DNA from: a virus
UHGV virus genome: UHGV-0148877
Reading direction: 5' to 3' (one strand)
DNA length: 40,227 nucleotides
Part shown: piece by piece, positions 1-7,902 of the stretch
How the letters are laid out: the number at the start of each line of letters is the position of its first letter
Position numbering within the stretch: the first letter of the stretch is position 1
Program-made: the position numbers and the translations under genes
Notes under the pieces: generated by a model
Told to the model about the DNA's origin: nothing
What the model saw: the letters and a program-made list of their open reading frames with translations, nothing else
Database searches by the model: none

Positions 1-483
1 CTATCTGGTCAGGGTGTCGTACTGTTTTTCACAGACTCTTCCGGCTTCGGCTGCCCGGTCAGCATACTCTGCCAGTTGTCTGTTTCTCTCGAGAGATTTA
101 CTGAGCACGTCGGCAAGCAAAACTCCGGTGTCTGCGGCTGACGTCCCAGCGCCGACAATGGCGTTATACTGCCTGAGCTGCTCACGGATGGCAACGAGCT
201 GTTGCTGCAACCGGCCAGCGCGAGCGGCAGCATCAAGAGCATCATTGCGCGCCTGGTCGATCCTCTGCTGCGCTTCACGTTCATTGATCGCTTTCTCCTG
301 TTCGTAGTGCTGACGAATTCTCTCATCTTCGGTTTTGCGGTCTTCTTTCGCCTGCGCATACCCGGCGTCGTACTGACGACTGCCGTGTACACTCCAGGCA
401 ACAACTCCTGATATGACCAGAACAGCAAGCACCGCCATGATAATCAACTGTTTCCGGTATGCTTTTACGAATGCCCAGATCAT
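1..483 (-). CDS. Rz-like inner-membrane spanin (i-spanin)
   Basis: 160 aa; N-terminal TM segment ([17 protein letters not shown]) followed by a charged coiled-coil-like region; ATG at 483 overlaps the endolysin stop (ATGA); contains an embedded +1-frame lipoprotein ORF. Stop codon is at positions 1-3. Confidence 0.6.
   Translation of the reverse strand: MIWAFVKAYRKQLIIMAVLAVLVISGVVAWSVHGSRQYDAGYAQAKEDRKTEDERIRQHYEQEKAINEREAQQRIDQARNDALDAAARAGRLQQQLVAIREQLRQYNAIVGAGTSAADTGVLLADVLSKSLERNRQLAEYADRAAEAGRVCEKQYDTLTR
9..284 (-). CDS. Rz1-like outer-membrane spanin lipoprotein, embedded in the Rz gene
   Basis: Alternative frame inside Rz; ATG at 284 gives [26 protein letters not shown], i.e. a basic n-region, hydrophobic core and LAGC lipobox, then a Pro/Ser-rich mature part. 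Embedded architecture as in lambda Rz/Rz1. Confidence 0.55.
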   Translation of the reverse strand: MNVKRSRGSTRRAMMLLMLPLALAGCSNSSLPSVSSSGSITPLSALGRQPQTPEFCLPTCSVNLSRETDNWQSMLTGQPKPEESVKNSTTP

Positions 484-1109
484 ACCGCCAGCACCTTACT
501 GGCATTGATGTATCGCGCGCGCCGGTCGTCGATGCCGTTCCGGCCACCATTGATAATCAGAGTTACACGTGCAATATCGCCGGTATACTTCATGCATCCT
601 TTGCTGGCAAAGAACCACGCCGCGCTACGAGCCGCGTATTCGTCCTGCGCCAGCAGTTCAGGACTCTCCAGCAGGTCAACCTTAAGACCGTTTCCACAGT
701 CACGATAGTTATTCAAACCGGTAACCTGGATAAGCCCGCGCCCACGGTAGTTCCAGCCATCACCAGGGGCATTGTTCCCCATGCGTTTGCTGTACACCAG
801 ATTGGCAATCGCTCTCTGGCGCTCAAGTGGCAATGGTGGTTCGCCTGCACGTCGCCCCAATGCGTTGGCCTGTCCCTGAGTGAGACGCCCAGCCCGAACA
901 AAGTTAGCCAGTCCGCTGACGCTGTAGTTGAAATTCTCCTGCAACCGGGTGAAGCCTCCAGACTCATGCCCGACCTGAGCAATAAACATAGCCTGATCTT
1001 CTGGTTTGCTGATACCAAACTCTTTCATCGCAGAAGTTATATGCGAGAACCAGCGTGCGGCCAGTGCCTCGCTGATACCAGCAGCTCGCTGGAATTGTTT
1101 AATCTCCAT
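480..1109 (-). CDS. Endolysin, GH19 (chitinase-like) family
   Basis: 209 aa; motifs [24 protein letters not shown] and INGG recalled as typical of GH19-type phage endolysins; ATG with GAGG RBS; last gene before Rz/Rz1. Confidence 0.85.
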   Translation of the reverse strand: MEIKQFQRAAGISEALAARWFSHITSAMKEFGISKPEDQAMFIAQVGHESGGFTRLQENFNYSVSGLANFVRAGRLTQGQANALGRRAGEPPLPLERQRAIANLVYSKRMGNNAPGDGWNYRGRGLIQVTGLNNYRDCGNGLKVDLLESPELLAQDEYAARSAAWFFASKGCMKYTGDIARVTLIINGGRNGIDDRRARYINASKVLAV

Positions 1110-1407
1110 GTTTAGACCTCGATACTTTGAAAATTTGAACGACGTTACCGCGCGTTTTAATAACCGCAGCTAGCATGACAGCGTTGATAATGACCTCAGA
1201 TAAATCCACAGCCATTGGCGTACGTAACCAGATTGCATAGGCGACACGAACAGGAATACTGGCCGCAGCAACAATCAGGAAATAAGCAAGCCATCCTCCC
1301 CACCTTCGGTGTTGAGAGCCGTTACGCCGGAATGTGACAACGCGAATTGCTATGCCAGTGCAAATAACTGCATTGGTGATAAGCAAAAAAAACTCATGCG
1401 TTACCAT
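1099..1407 (-). CDS. Holin-like small membrane protein (holin or antiholin)
   Basis: 102 aa with about 3 predicted TM helices; ATG at 1407 with GGAG RBS; overlaps the endolysin start by 11 nt. Confidence 0.5.
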   Translation of the reverse strand: MVTHEFFLLITNAVICTGIAIRVVTFRRNGSQHRRWGGWLAYFLIVAAASIPVRVAYAIWLRTPMAVDLSEVIINAVMLAAVIKTRGNVVQIFKVSRSKHGD

Positions 1408-1798
1408 CGTCTTTTCTCCCCGGAATTAACTCGCGTGGATTATCGGAACGGTGATAGAGCCATATACCAATACGCACAGCGACAATTGCTGACACGAATG
1501 CGCCTGCAGAGAAAACAATCCCTTTTTCAAAAGAGTCCTGCGTGATGGTAGGGATCAGGCTGGCTATGCCGATAAGAATTGATGCTGCTGGTTTGTAAAA
1601 GAGAAGGCCGCAAAGAAAGCTGAGCATCGACAGGAGCACCCGGCGACGGATGGGGTACTCTACTGCAGAGGTAACAAAAATTACCGCTCCAGCCAAAGCA
1701 CCCAAAGCAACCTCAGGAGGAACTCCTGCTATCACCGCCGCCAGAGAACTCATGCTAAGCCACTGATTTAAAGTTTCACTGGTTAGTTGAGCTGACAT
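1394..1798 (-). CDS. Putative holin (membrane protein)
   Basis: About 134 aa with several TM helices, immediately upstream of the lysis genes; ATG at 1798 preferred over the track's GTG at 1807. Confidence 0.5.
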   Translation of the reverse strand: MSAQLTSETLNQWLSMSSLAAVIAGVPPEVALGALAGAVIFVTSAVEYPIRRRVLLSMLSFLCGLLFYKPAASILIGIASLIPTITQDSFEKGIVFSAGAFVSAIVAVRIGIWLYHRSDNPRELIPGRKDDGNA

Positions 1799-2000
1799 GT
1801 TTTCCACCGTTTATATGCATAACAACCTCCTGAACAGTAAAGCATTACGCATAATAAACCATTTATGGTTTTTTGTTACTTTAACATCGTCAATTCCCTG
1901 TTTTTCATGCCGAGAATAAAGCTCACCTTTTACATGACTCTGAAGAAACAAACAGTGAAGAGCAGGTTGAATACCGCACCATTTAATGGCGCGGTAGCAG

Positions 2001-2297
2001 TCAAATAGAGAAATAAACACAAAAACAAAAAACAACAGGAACAGCAAAATCCAACAGACTTCCCACATCCCACACGCGTGGATCAAAACCTCCCCACCAC
2101 GGCATGTTGATACGTTTCCCTTTCCCAAACTTTTCTATCCAGCGATATTCTGCCTGGGTGTGTTCACGCGCAATGAAGAACGTACAACCGGCTATCGCAC
2201 CGTAAGCCCAGTTTCCGGTAAAAATACCAACCAGTACCTGAGCCACAAAAGCGCAAAGCGAGTGAAGAAATGGAGTGACATCAATGCTCTTAATCAT
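2001..2297 (-). CDS. Small membrane protein translationally coupled to the tailspike gene
   Basis: 98 aa; ATG overlaps the tailspike stop (ATGA); two hydrophobic segments; function unknown. Confidence 0.45.
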   Translation of the reverse strand: MIKSIDVTPFLHSLCAFVAQVLVGIFTGNWAYGAIAGCTFFIAREHTQAEYRWIEKFGKGKRINMPWWGGFDPRVWDVGSLLDFAVPVVFCFCVYFSI

Positions 2298-4483
2298 GAA
2301 ACTTCCCCATTGGTTGAAAATATGGCTCCTCCAACGCCAAGTGTATTTCGTGTTGTGCTCAACCTCAGAGGGCTGGAGTCAGAATTAGAATATCCTGTAG
2401 CAGAAATAAAAGATCCTCCACTAATAGTCAACTGCGGAACATCGGCTATATCTGAATAAGTTCTGTCAGCAACAGTATTATTTATAGCCACATATGATCC
2501 AAAAAAACTTCTTATTGTTTGGTTTTTAACTTTACTTCCTTCAATGGTTATCCTACTACCACAGTCGGCAATAAATCCTGAATCTGCATCCAGCGTTGCA
2601 TTCATAAAAGAAGCTTCAGCTCTCTCTACATCAATCCATCTAATATCTTTTGTGGGATTTGCACCAAATACATGACAAATATTAGAGTTAAACCTTACAC
2701 CATCTTGGAGGTGCATTAATTTTTTTATATCTGTACCCCATAGCCTTGGAAAATTAACAGATGCTCCTGCATGGCAATCAAATCCCAGCTCAGCCCCTGA
2801 GATATCTACAGCCTTTCCTGAAATAACAGCACCAGTGTCTGCATTAACGGCTGTTCCACAATTGCGCATATCATTACCAGCAACATCAACGCAACCCGCA
2901 CCATCAATACGCACACCAAGTGCACATCCATAAAAACCTTTTTCAATATTTGGTTCAAGGACTTTACCACTTGTTTCTGCATCACTTTCTTCAACGTCAT
3001 GTCGTCTTGCATCAACATATGCTGTATGAATGCAGGTTAATCCACGATATGAGCAATGTATAGTTTTATGGTCGCGTATATTAACATTTGAACCATCTCT
3101 TACATTCCATCCTATATAACAATAGCTTGCACTTGACCCCTGAAAATCTGCTTTAACATTATAAATACAATTAACTGACGCAACCGTACTCTCTGTGCAC
3201 CGTTCAAACTTGCTTACAGGCATTGATGCCTTGACATTATTTACCAGTTGCAGGGAAGAGTATCTGCTATAAGAAAAATCACATACGTAATACCCTTCTG
3301 GCATATATGCAGCAACACTTTCCTCATCAGGAGCACATCCGGTATGATATGCACTAATTTTTGCACCAAAACTACCATGAATTCCAACGTAGAACTTTCG
3401 AGCACCTGAATACGGATAGAAATTAAGTTCAGCTTTTTGAGTTACAATAAATGCACAAACATCGCTATCATCTCTATTTTCTTCGATCTGAATAGCAAAT
3501 ACAGGACTTTTTGCTGCATCGCAAATGTAAAATAAATACTTGTATTCGTAATACGTTCTAACGATTTTAGTAAACAAACGAGTGTCAGAGAAAACCACTG
3601 AGTCTTCTGATGTTATTTTAATCCAAGACAAATCAACACCTGAACTGAATTCAATTTGATAGTTGATAATATGCCCGGTCTTAATTCTTATTTCGCAGAA
3701 AGCATTACCACCATCCCACATAGGTCTCATTGACTGGGCTGCAATGATTGCATCTTTGAGTGTAGGGTAATCACCCCATTCGCCAACAGTAATAACAAAA
3801 GTATAATATGAGTTAAAAACAGCGGCATTTTTGCCTTTGGATATCAACTCCTTAATCATAAAAATATTATCTTCGTAATCACAAGGAGAAATTATATCCC
3901 TCATTTTGCTTTGAAATGTTCGTTGTCTTGCCCCGCTTCCTGACGGTATAAACCAACCAAAACCACCAACAACCCCGGCGATTGCAGCATCGACATAATT
4001 ACGCATTGAGCGATTATTTACAGCGTCCTGCTCAAATGATGGATCTGCAAGGTTAGAAATTTTGTTTTGCTTTGCATCGTAATATTTTGCAAGCAAAGAT
4101 GGTTTCATCAATGCACGTCTGAACCACCCAAAACATCGCTGGATCAGCATCGTCAGGTAGTCAAATGCATCTTCATGAACTTCGGGGAAAAATTTTCCCT
4201 GATTGCGAAGATCAGTCTCCTGCACCACATCAAGCACACGCTCTATCGTAATTCGCCAGCCAGCAGCAAGCGGAGACGGAAGAACCACAGAACCGCCACT
4301 ATAAGTGCCCGCCCCAGTTACCGTATAACCGGTATCCAGAACCAATTCTGTTACGTTCCCGTTCAGGTCAGACACCTGAACAACCAGGTCTGATTTTTTG
4401 AAAATACGAAAAGTATACGGAAACGATGTCGTAACGCCGTTACCTGTGTATTCGTTGTGGTCAACTTCGGTTGAGACCGTCAT
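2294..4483 (-). CDS. Tailspike / receptor-binding protein
   Basis: 729 aa; N-terminus MTVSTEVDHNEYTGNGVTTSFPYTF resembles the conserved particle-binding domain of podovirus tailspikes; rest is Gly/Ser/Asn-rich as in beta-helix depolymerases; ATG with GGAG RBS; the C-terminal two thirds is visibly more AT-rich than flanking DNA. Confidence 0.8.
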   Translation of the reverse strand: MTVSTEVDHNEYTGNGVTTSFPYTFRIFKKSDLVVQVSDLNGNVTELVLDTGYTVTGAGTYSGGSVVLPSPLAAGWRITIERVLDVVQETDLRNQGKFFPEVHEDAFDYLTMLIQRCFGWFRRALMKPSLLAKYYDAKQNKISNLADPSFEQDAVNNRSMRNYVDAAIAGVVGGFGWFIPSGSGARQRTFQSKMRDIISPCDYEDNIFMIKELISKGKNAAVFNSYYTFVITVGEWGDYPTLKDAIIAAQSMRPMWDGGNAFCEIRIKTGHIINYQIEFSSGVDLSWIKITSEDSVVFSDTRLFTKIVRTYYEYKYLFYICDAAKSPVFAIQIEENRDDSDVCAFIVTQKAELNFYPYSGARKFYVGIHGSFGAKISAYHTGCAPDEESVAAYMPEGYYVCDFSYSRYSSLQLVNNVKASMPVSKFERCTESTVASVNCIYNVKADFQGSSASYCYIGWNVRDGSNVNIRDHKTIHCSYRGLTCIHTAYVDARRHDVEESDAETSGKVLEPNIEKGFYGCALGVRIDGAGCVDVAGNDMRNCGTAVNADTGAVISGKAVDISGAELGFDCHAGASVNFPRLWGTDIKKLMHLQDGVRFNSNICHVFGANPTKDIRWIDVERAEASFMNATLDADSGFIADCGSRITIEGSKVKNQTIRSFFGSYVAINNTVADRTYSDIADVPQLTISGGSFISATGYSNSDSSPLRLSTTRNTLGVGGAIFSTNGEVS

Positions 4484-4586
4484 GTTAAATCTCCAGATAG
4501 TCGCAGCACCCGTTGCGCCGCATATCTGGTTATTCTATTACCTGAAAAACCACATATGGATAGAAAGGATGTAAATACGAATAGAT

Positions 4587-4603
4587 ATTACCTTTCGGGT
4601 AAT
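4587..4603. promoter_or_regulatory. Operator palindrome ATTACC-TTTCG-GGTAAT
   Basis: Perfect 6+6 inverted repeat, about 75 nt upstream of the SOS-regulated small gene; an upstream hybrid copy ATTACC-TGAAA-AACCAC lies at 4538-4554. Confidence 0.55.
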
Positions 4604-4639
4604 TTGCAAAACGTGCTGGATAGCAAACAAATTATTTGC

Positions 4640-4659
4640 TACTGTATAAATATACAGTT
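4640..4659 (+). promoter_or_regulatory. LexA (SOS) box TACTGTATAAATATACAGTT
   Basis: Perfect CTGT-N8-ACAG with AT-rich spacer and TA flanks (core 4642-4657), 23 nt upstream of the ATG at 4680. Confidence 0.7.
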
Positions 4660-4679
4660 ATTGCATGGAGAAGATTAAG

Positions 4680-4937
4680 ATGCAGCAGTATCACTATCCA
4701 CTGGAAGACGGATTTACCGAAAGGATTCACACGCCAGAAGGCGTCAGGTCACTGGTGGAGGGATCGCACTTGATGAAATTACTCCGGGATCTCGATAAGG
4801 ATGGATTTAATGTCGATGGCCCACTTGCCGAACTGACTGCACTGATTAACTACGTCACCAGCTCACAGATGTCTATGCAGGATCTGCAAACACATCTCGA
4901 CTATTGTGCCGAACAATTACGAAAACAAACCCGGTAA
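4680..4937 (+). CDS. Small SOS-regulated protein paralogous to the antirepressor C-terminal domain (candidate antirepressor)
   Basis: 85 aa from the ATG at 4680 (GGAGAAG RBS); LexA box directly upstream; aligns by eye (about 40% identity over about 40 residues) with the C-terminal about 70 aa of the Bro-N antirepressor at 6083-6769 (IHTPEGV/IHSPSGV, AELTALINYV/AELTTMFCYI, DLQTHLDY/DIQTHAEY). Confidence 0.5.
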   Translation: MQQYHYPLEDGFTERIHTPEGVRSLVEGSHLMKLLRDLDKDGFNVDGPLAELTALINYVTSSQMSMQDLQTHLDYCAEQLRKQTR

Positions 4938-4939
4938 AT

Positions 4940-4975
4940 TTAAAGGCCGCAAGAGCGGCCTATCGTTTCGCTTTG
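4940..4975. terminator. Bidirectional hairpin terminator between convergent genes
   Basis: AGGCCGC-AAGA-GCGGCCT hairpin flanked by A/T-rich runs on both sides, between the 4680-4937 (+) and 4960-5688 (-) genes. Confidence 0.5.
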
Positions 4976-5688
4976 TGCTCATCCCAGCACGTTTTGCACC
5001 ATGCCATTAAGCCGTCCGCATTTTGATTATTAGGGTAAAAGCTGGTTCGTTTTCTGCGGACATTACAAATTGGGCACCACTTCATATGGCGTGTATTCTT
5101 TGGGCCATCGAGACACCTTGCACACCACTTAGTCAATCCATCTGGATTTTTTGACGATTTCCTGAATTTTTCATATGGAAGGTTTATTCTGCATCGCAAG
5201 CACTGCTTGCTACCACTTGAAACTCTGTTAGCTGATTCTTCTTTTGGCGGCGATACAGAAGGTATTCTTGCTGGCTCTGATACTGCCTGAGGTGCTTTTT
5301 TAGATGACTGAGACGATATGTCATCACCAGGGAATCTTCCATGATATGCCGGACGCGTTGACACTCCAGGTGGAAGCTCAGCTGTAAACGGCTTTGGCTG
5401 AATCAGTTGCCTCTCTTTTGCTAACTCCTGCTGTTTATAATATGTCTGGATTACCGCACTATCATAAGCAGGAGGTGCGGAAATATTAGGCGCATTACCT
5501 CCAGTTTTTTGAAACTGAGTAGAGGTGTGTTCTATCACCTGTGTACGATTAATCGTTATCTCCCCATCTTCGGTCTTTATCGTTTTGTTATGATTAACGA
5601 CCGTACGATCAGAGATCTTAGTCTTGTTCTGGTTGATAACGTAAATAATCACCGCAACCACACCAACAACTATCCAGAAAACTTCCAT
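4960..5688 (-). CDS. Membrane-anchored protein with tandem Cys-rich (zinc-ribbon-like) C-terminal repeats
   Basis: 242 aa; N-terminal TM helix (VFWIVVGVVAVIIYVI), Pro/Ser-rich linker, then two repeats of C-x2-C ... DGL-x2-WC-x2-C (CLRC...DGLTKWCARC; CPIC...DGLMAWCKTC); AT-rich; no family recognised. Confidence 0.55.
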   Translation of the reverse strand: MEVFWIVVGVVAVIIYVINQNKTKISDRTVVNHNKTIKTEDGEITINRTQVIEHTSTQFQKTGGNAPNISAPPAYDSAVIQTYYKQQELAKERQLIQPKPFTAELPPGVSTRPAYHGRFPGDDISSQSSKKAPQAVSEPARIPSVSPPKEESANRVSSGSKQCLRCRINLPYEKFRKSSKNPDGLTKWCARCLDGPKNTRHMKWCPICNVRRKRTSFYPNNQNADGLMAWCKTCWDEHKAKR

Positions 5689-5707
5689 TGCTTTTCCTCA
5701 CAATAAC

Positions 5708-5724
5708 ATTACTTTAAAGGTAAT
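5708..5724. promoter_or_regulatory. Operator-like palindrome ATTACT-TTAAA-GGTAAT
   Basis: 9/10 core match, 20 nt upstream of the start of the minus-strand membrane-protein gene (5688). Confidence 0.4.
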
Positions 5725-5800
5725 ATCTTGCTTTCAGGTGATCAAGCGTTAAACGCAATCAACCAAATACGGTTGATTTTAATATTTCTTCGCGTTTATC

Positions 5801-5817
5801 ATTACCTTTGCGGTAAA
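5801..5817. promoter_or_regulatory. Operator palindrome ATTACC-TTTGC-GGTAAA
   Basis: Perfect TTACC-N5-GGTAA core in the divergent region between the membrane-protein gene and the antirepressor gene. Confidence 0.5.
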
Positions 5818-6082
5818 TTTACATCGCACTCCTCTTGTGCCATAGTAATCGGGCACTGGCAAAATCCAGTGCCGGGATTGGCGTCCCGAGTTACTACAGA
5901 GGCACATATGCCGCATAAGCGGTTTTTTTATGTGTAAAGCGCACCTATTCTATGGTGGGCTGTGTGGGGGCACCGAAAGGTGCGCCGGGTCCTTTGTAGC
6001 CGGTTACGCCAACCCTGCACAGTTCACCACCAACCGATTGGCGTCGGTAGTGGTGATTAACCTAACTACAAAGGTGATCGCT

Positions 6083-6769
6083 ATGACTGCTAACGTAACC
6101 CCATCTGTTTTTCATTTTGAATCAGAAGCAACCATTCGAGCCATTGTTATTGATGGAAATCCTTGGTTTGTTGCCAAAGACGTTATTAAAGCTCTTCAAC
6201 TGACAAACCCCACTATGTCAATAAAATCTCTTGATGATGATGAAAGGGCTAAATTTAACTTAGGCCGTCAAGGCGAAACCAATATTATCAACGAGTCAGG
6301 CCTCTACACACTGATCCTCCGCTGCCGCGACGCAGTGACACCAGGCACTATCCCCTACCGCTTTCGTAAATGGGTTACAGGTGAGGTTCTTCCTCAGATC
6401 CGCCGCACCGGAAGTTACATTAAAAACTCGCTCCCGCAGGAAGAACGCATAAAGATGGTTGCCGACCAGGTAGCCAACGCCACGGCGTCAGCAGTAATGC
6501 AGGCGATGAAGATAGAGAACAAAACCTACAGTGCCCCACTGAAGCCCGGCTACCGCAGCCTGATTCATTCGCCGTCTGGTGTTCTCGGCCTGACGGAGAA
6601 CTCACTGCTGATGAATCTGCTGAACCAGTTACAGGACGACGGGCACGACGTATCGGGCGCGGCGGCGGAGCTGACCACCATGTTCTGCTACATCGTCGGT
6701 GTGAGCAAATGCCTGCGTGATATCCAGACGCACGCGGAGTACATCAACGACAAGGCAGGGTTCTTCTGA
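6083..6769 (+). CDS. Antirepressor with Bro-N domain
   Basis: 228 aa from the ATG at 6083 (AAGGTGA RBS); N-terminus IRAIVIDGNPWFVAKDVIKAL matches the Bro-N pattern; C-terminal domain paralogous to the 4680-4937 product. Confidence 0.8.
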   Translation: MTANVTPSVFHFESEATIRAIVIDGNPWFVAKDVIKALQLTNPTMSIKSLDDDERAKFNLGRQGETNIINESGLYTLILRCRDAVTPGTIPYRFRKWVTGEVLPQIRRTGSYIKNSLPQEERIKMVADQVANATASAVMQAMKIENKTYSAPLKPGYRSLIHSPSGVLGLTENSLLMNLLNQLQDDGHDVSGAAAELTTMFCYIVGVSKCLRDIQTHAEYINDKAGFF

Positions 6770-6777
6770 CGGGCGGC

Positions 6778-6800
6778 GGCACAGGGATGTGCCTTTAAAT
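6778..6800 (+). terminator. Possible intrinsic terminator after the antirepressor gene
   Basis: GGCACA-GGGA-TGTGCC hairpin followed by TTTAAAT. Confidence 0.35.
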
Positions 6801-6813
6801 AATTCTGTACAGA

Positions 6814-6842
6814 TTGCAGACTGTGGGTGAATAGCGTACTAT
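6814..6842 (+). promoter_or_regulatory. Sigma70-like promoter (TTGCAG-17-TACTAT) overlapping an operator
   Basis: -35 TTGCAG at 6814-6819, 17-bp spacer, -10 TACTAT at 6837-6842; the palindrome at 6841-6857 overlaps the -10 and start region. Confidence 0.45.
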
Positions 6843-6857
6843 TACCTCAAGGGTAAA
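6841..6857. promoter_or_regulatory. Operator palindrome ATTACC-TCAAG-GGTAAA
   Basis: Perfect TTACC-N5-GGTAA core overlapping the -10 of the promoter that reads into the toxin-antitoxin-like pair. Confidence 0.5.
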
Positions 6858-6916
6858 CGGATTGGTTTCATTTTTATTAATCCGTGTAATGAACTTATGA
6901 GATATGAGGTAATGTC

Positions 6917-7096
6917 ATGCGAAACGAAAAATTGCAGATGCGTAGAGCGCAAGCTGCCGCAAGACGTTCTTTCAATGGAAGCGTAGAGTGCGTAAAAGTT
7001 ACTATGACAAAAGATCACGCAAGTCGCGTATCCCGCGCTTTCTTTGATTCTCGTAACAATAAGGAAAATTATGAGTTCGTCTGCGTCGCAGAATGA
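6917..7096 (+). CDS. Small basic protein, candidate antitoxin (below the ORF-track cut-off)
   Basis: 59 aa (MRNEKLQMRRAQAAARRSF...), ATG with GAGGTAAT RBS; overlaps the start of the downstream toxin-like gene by 26 nt, the usual antitoxin-toxin arrangement. Confidence 0.3.
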   Translation: MRNEKLQMRRAQAAARRSFNGSVECVKVTMTKDHASRVSRAFFDSRNNKENYEFVCVAE

Positions 7097-7616
7097 TAAA
7101 AATCAAATTGTCAGATATAAGGGTCGAGTATTGCATACGCAAAATTTCTCGGCCCTTTGTGCATCTGATCTTGAGCTGAAGAAAGTATCTGATGCCTTTA
7201 CCCAGTATTGGAAAACGGGATACCATCCATCTCTTGGTAAAGATGCTGCATTTGCTCGTCCGACAGAAATGCTTAAACTAAATGTCAGGCATACTCATGT
7301 CGATAACCAAGACTATATTCCAGAAGATAGTGATAAAAAACACACTGGTAAAAAATCATCTTGGGATGCATGGAAAAAAATAGCGTCTGTGCAAGTAAAA
7401 TGCATACCAACAAGTAATTGCTTTTTAGTTTATTCGGTAAATCACAATCGTGATGCGCTGGTTATGTTTTTTGTTGACGCAGATGCCCACAACATAACTG
7501 AGCAAGAAGAGTTTAAAGAGGCAGCAATCACTATCAGTTATCAATTCTTTGAGAAAACAAAAACAGAACCAATGCCTTTAGAAGAAGATCTTTTTTCTGA
7601 TAAATGGAAGGAATAA
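7071..7616 (+). CDS. YafO-like toxin-family protein (putative ribosome-dependent mRNA interferase)
   Basis: 181 aa from the ATG at 7071 (AAGGAAAA RBS); segments DAFTQYWKTGYHPSLGKDAAF, LKLNVRHTHV and CFLVYSVNHNRDALVMFFV resemble the conserved blocks I recall for YafO-family toxins; AT-rich; family assignment is from memory. Confidence 0.45.
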   Translation: MSSSASQNDKNQIVRYKGRVLHTQNFSALCASDLELKKVSDAFTQYWKTGYHPSLGKDAAFARPTEMLKLNVRHTHVDNQDYIPEDSDKKHTGKKSSWDAWKKIASVQVKCIPTSNCFLVYSVNHNRDALVMFFVDADAHNITEQEEFKEAAITISYQFFEKTKTEPMPLEEDLFSDKWKE

Positions 7617-7711
7617 GCCCGCGCCGCGGGCTTTTTTGTGGACGAAACAAAAGTCAGTGCTACACTCATTGACGCCACATTGAGGTGGATTATAGATGGA
7701 AATTTTTCACA

Positions 7712-7873
7712 ATGAAAAAAGCATTTGCTGCACTGTTCGTTTTGTTGTCTCTGGTAGCTTCAACTCAGGCCTTTGCCGGTCGTTGTCAGCACGACAGCGA
7801 TACTGCCGCTGACGGCTCCCGCTGCGGTGGGCGTTCTGCGGATTCCCGTCCGGGCGGCGGTGGCATTCGTTAA
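7712..7873 (+). CDS. Small secreted peptide (signal peptide plus about 31-aa Gly/Arg/Asp-rich mature part with 2 Cys)
   Basis: MKKAFAALFVLLSLVASTQAFA then GRCQHDSDTAADGSRCGG...; classical signal peptide with AFA-G cleavage site; followed at once by a hairpin terminator. Confidence 0.4.
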   Translation: MKKAFAALFVLLSLVASTQAFAGRCQHDSDTAADGSRCGGRSADSRPGGGGIR

Positions 7874-7900
7874 AAACAAGGCCGCGAAAGCGGCCTGTTT
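7872..7900. terminator. Bidirectional intrinsic terminator
   Basis: AAGGCCGC-GAAA-GCGGCCT hairpin with A-run upstream and T-run downstream, between convergent genes 7712-7873 (+) and 7903-8754 (-). Confidence 0.6.
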
Positions 7901-7902
7901 GA

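Noticed and set aside
1811-2128. 105-aa minus-strand ORF overlapping the 98-aa tailspike-coupled gene
   Set aside because: Overlaps the better-supported 2001-2297 gene in another frame for 128 nt and has no RBS; the AT-rich 1811-2000 stretch is more likely an intergenic or promoter region for the lysis genes.
5930-6082. In-frame N-terminal extension of the antirepressor ORF (track start at 5930)
   Set aside because: No RBS before 5930, whereas the ATG at 6083 has AAGGTGA at ideal spacing and the Bro-N domain begins there; the extension is better read as a structured leader.
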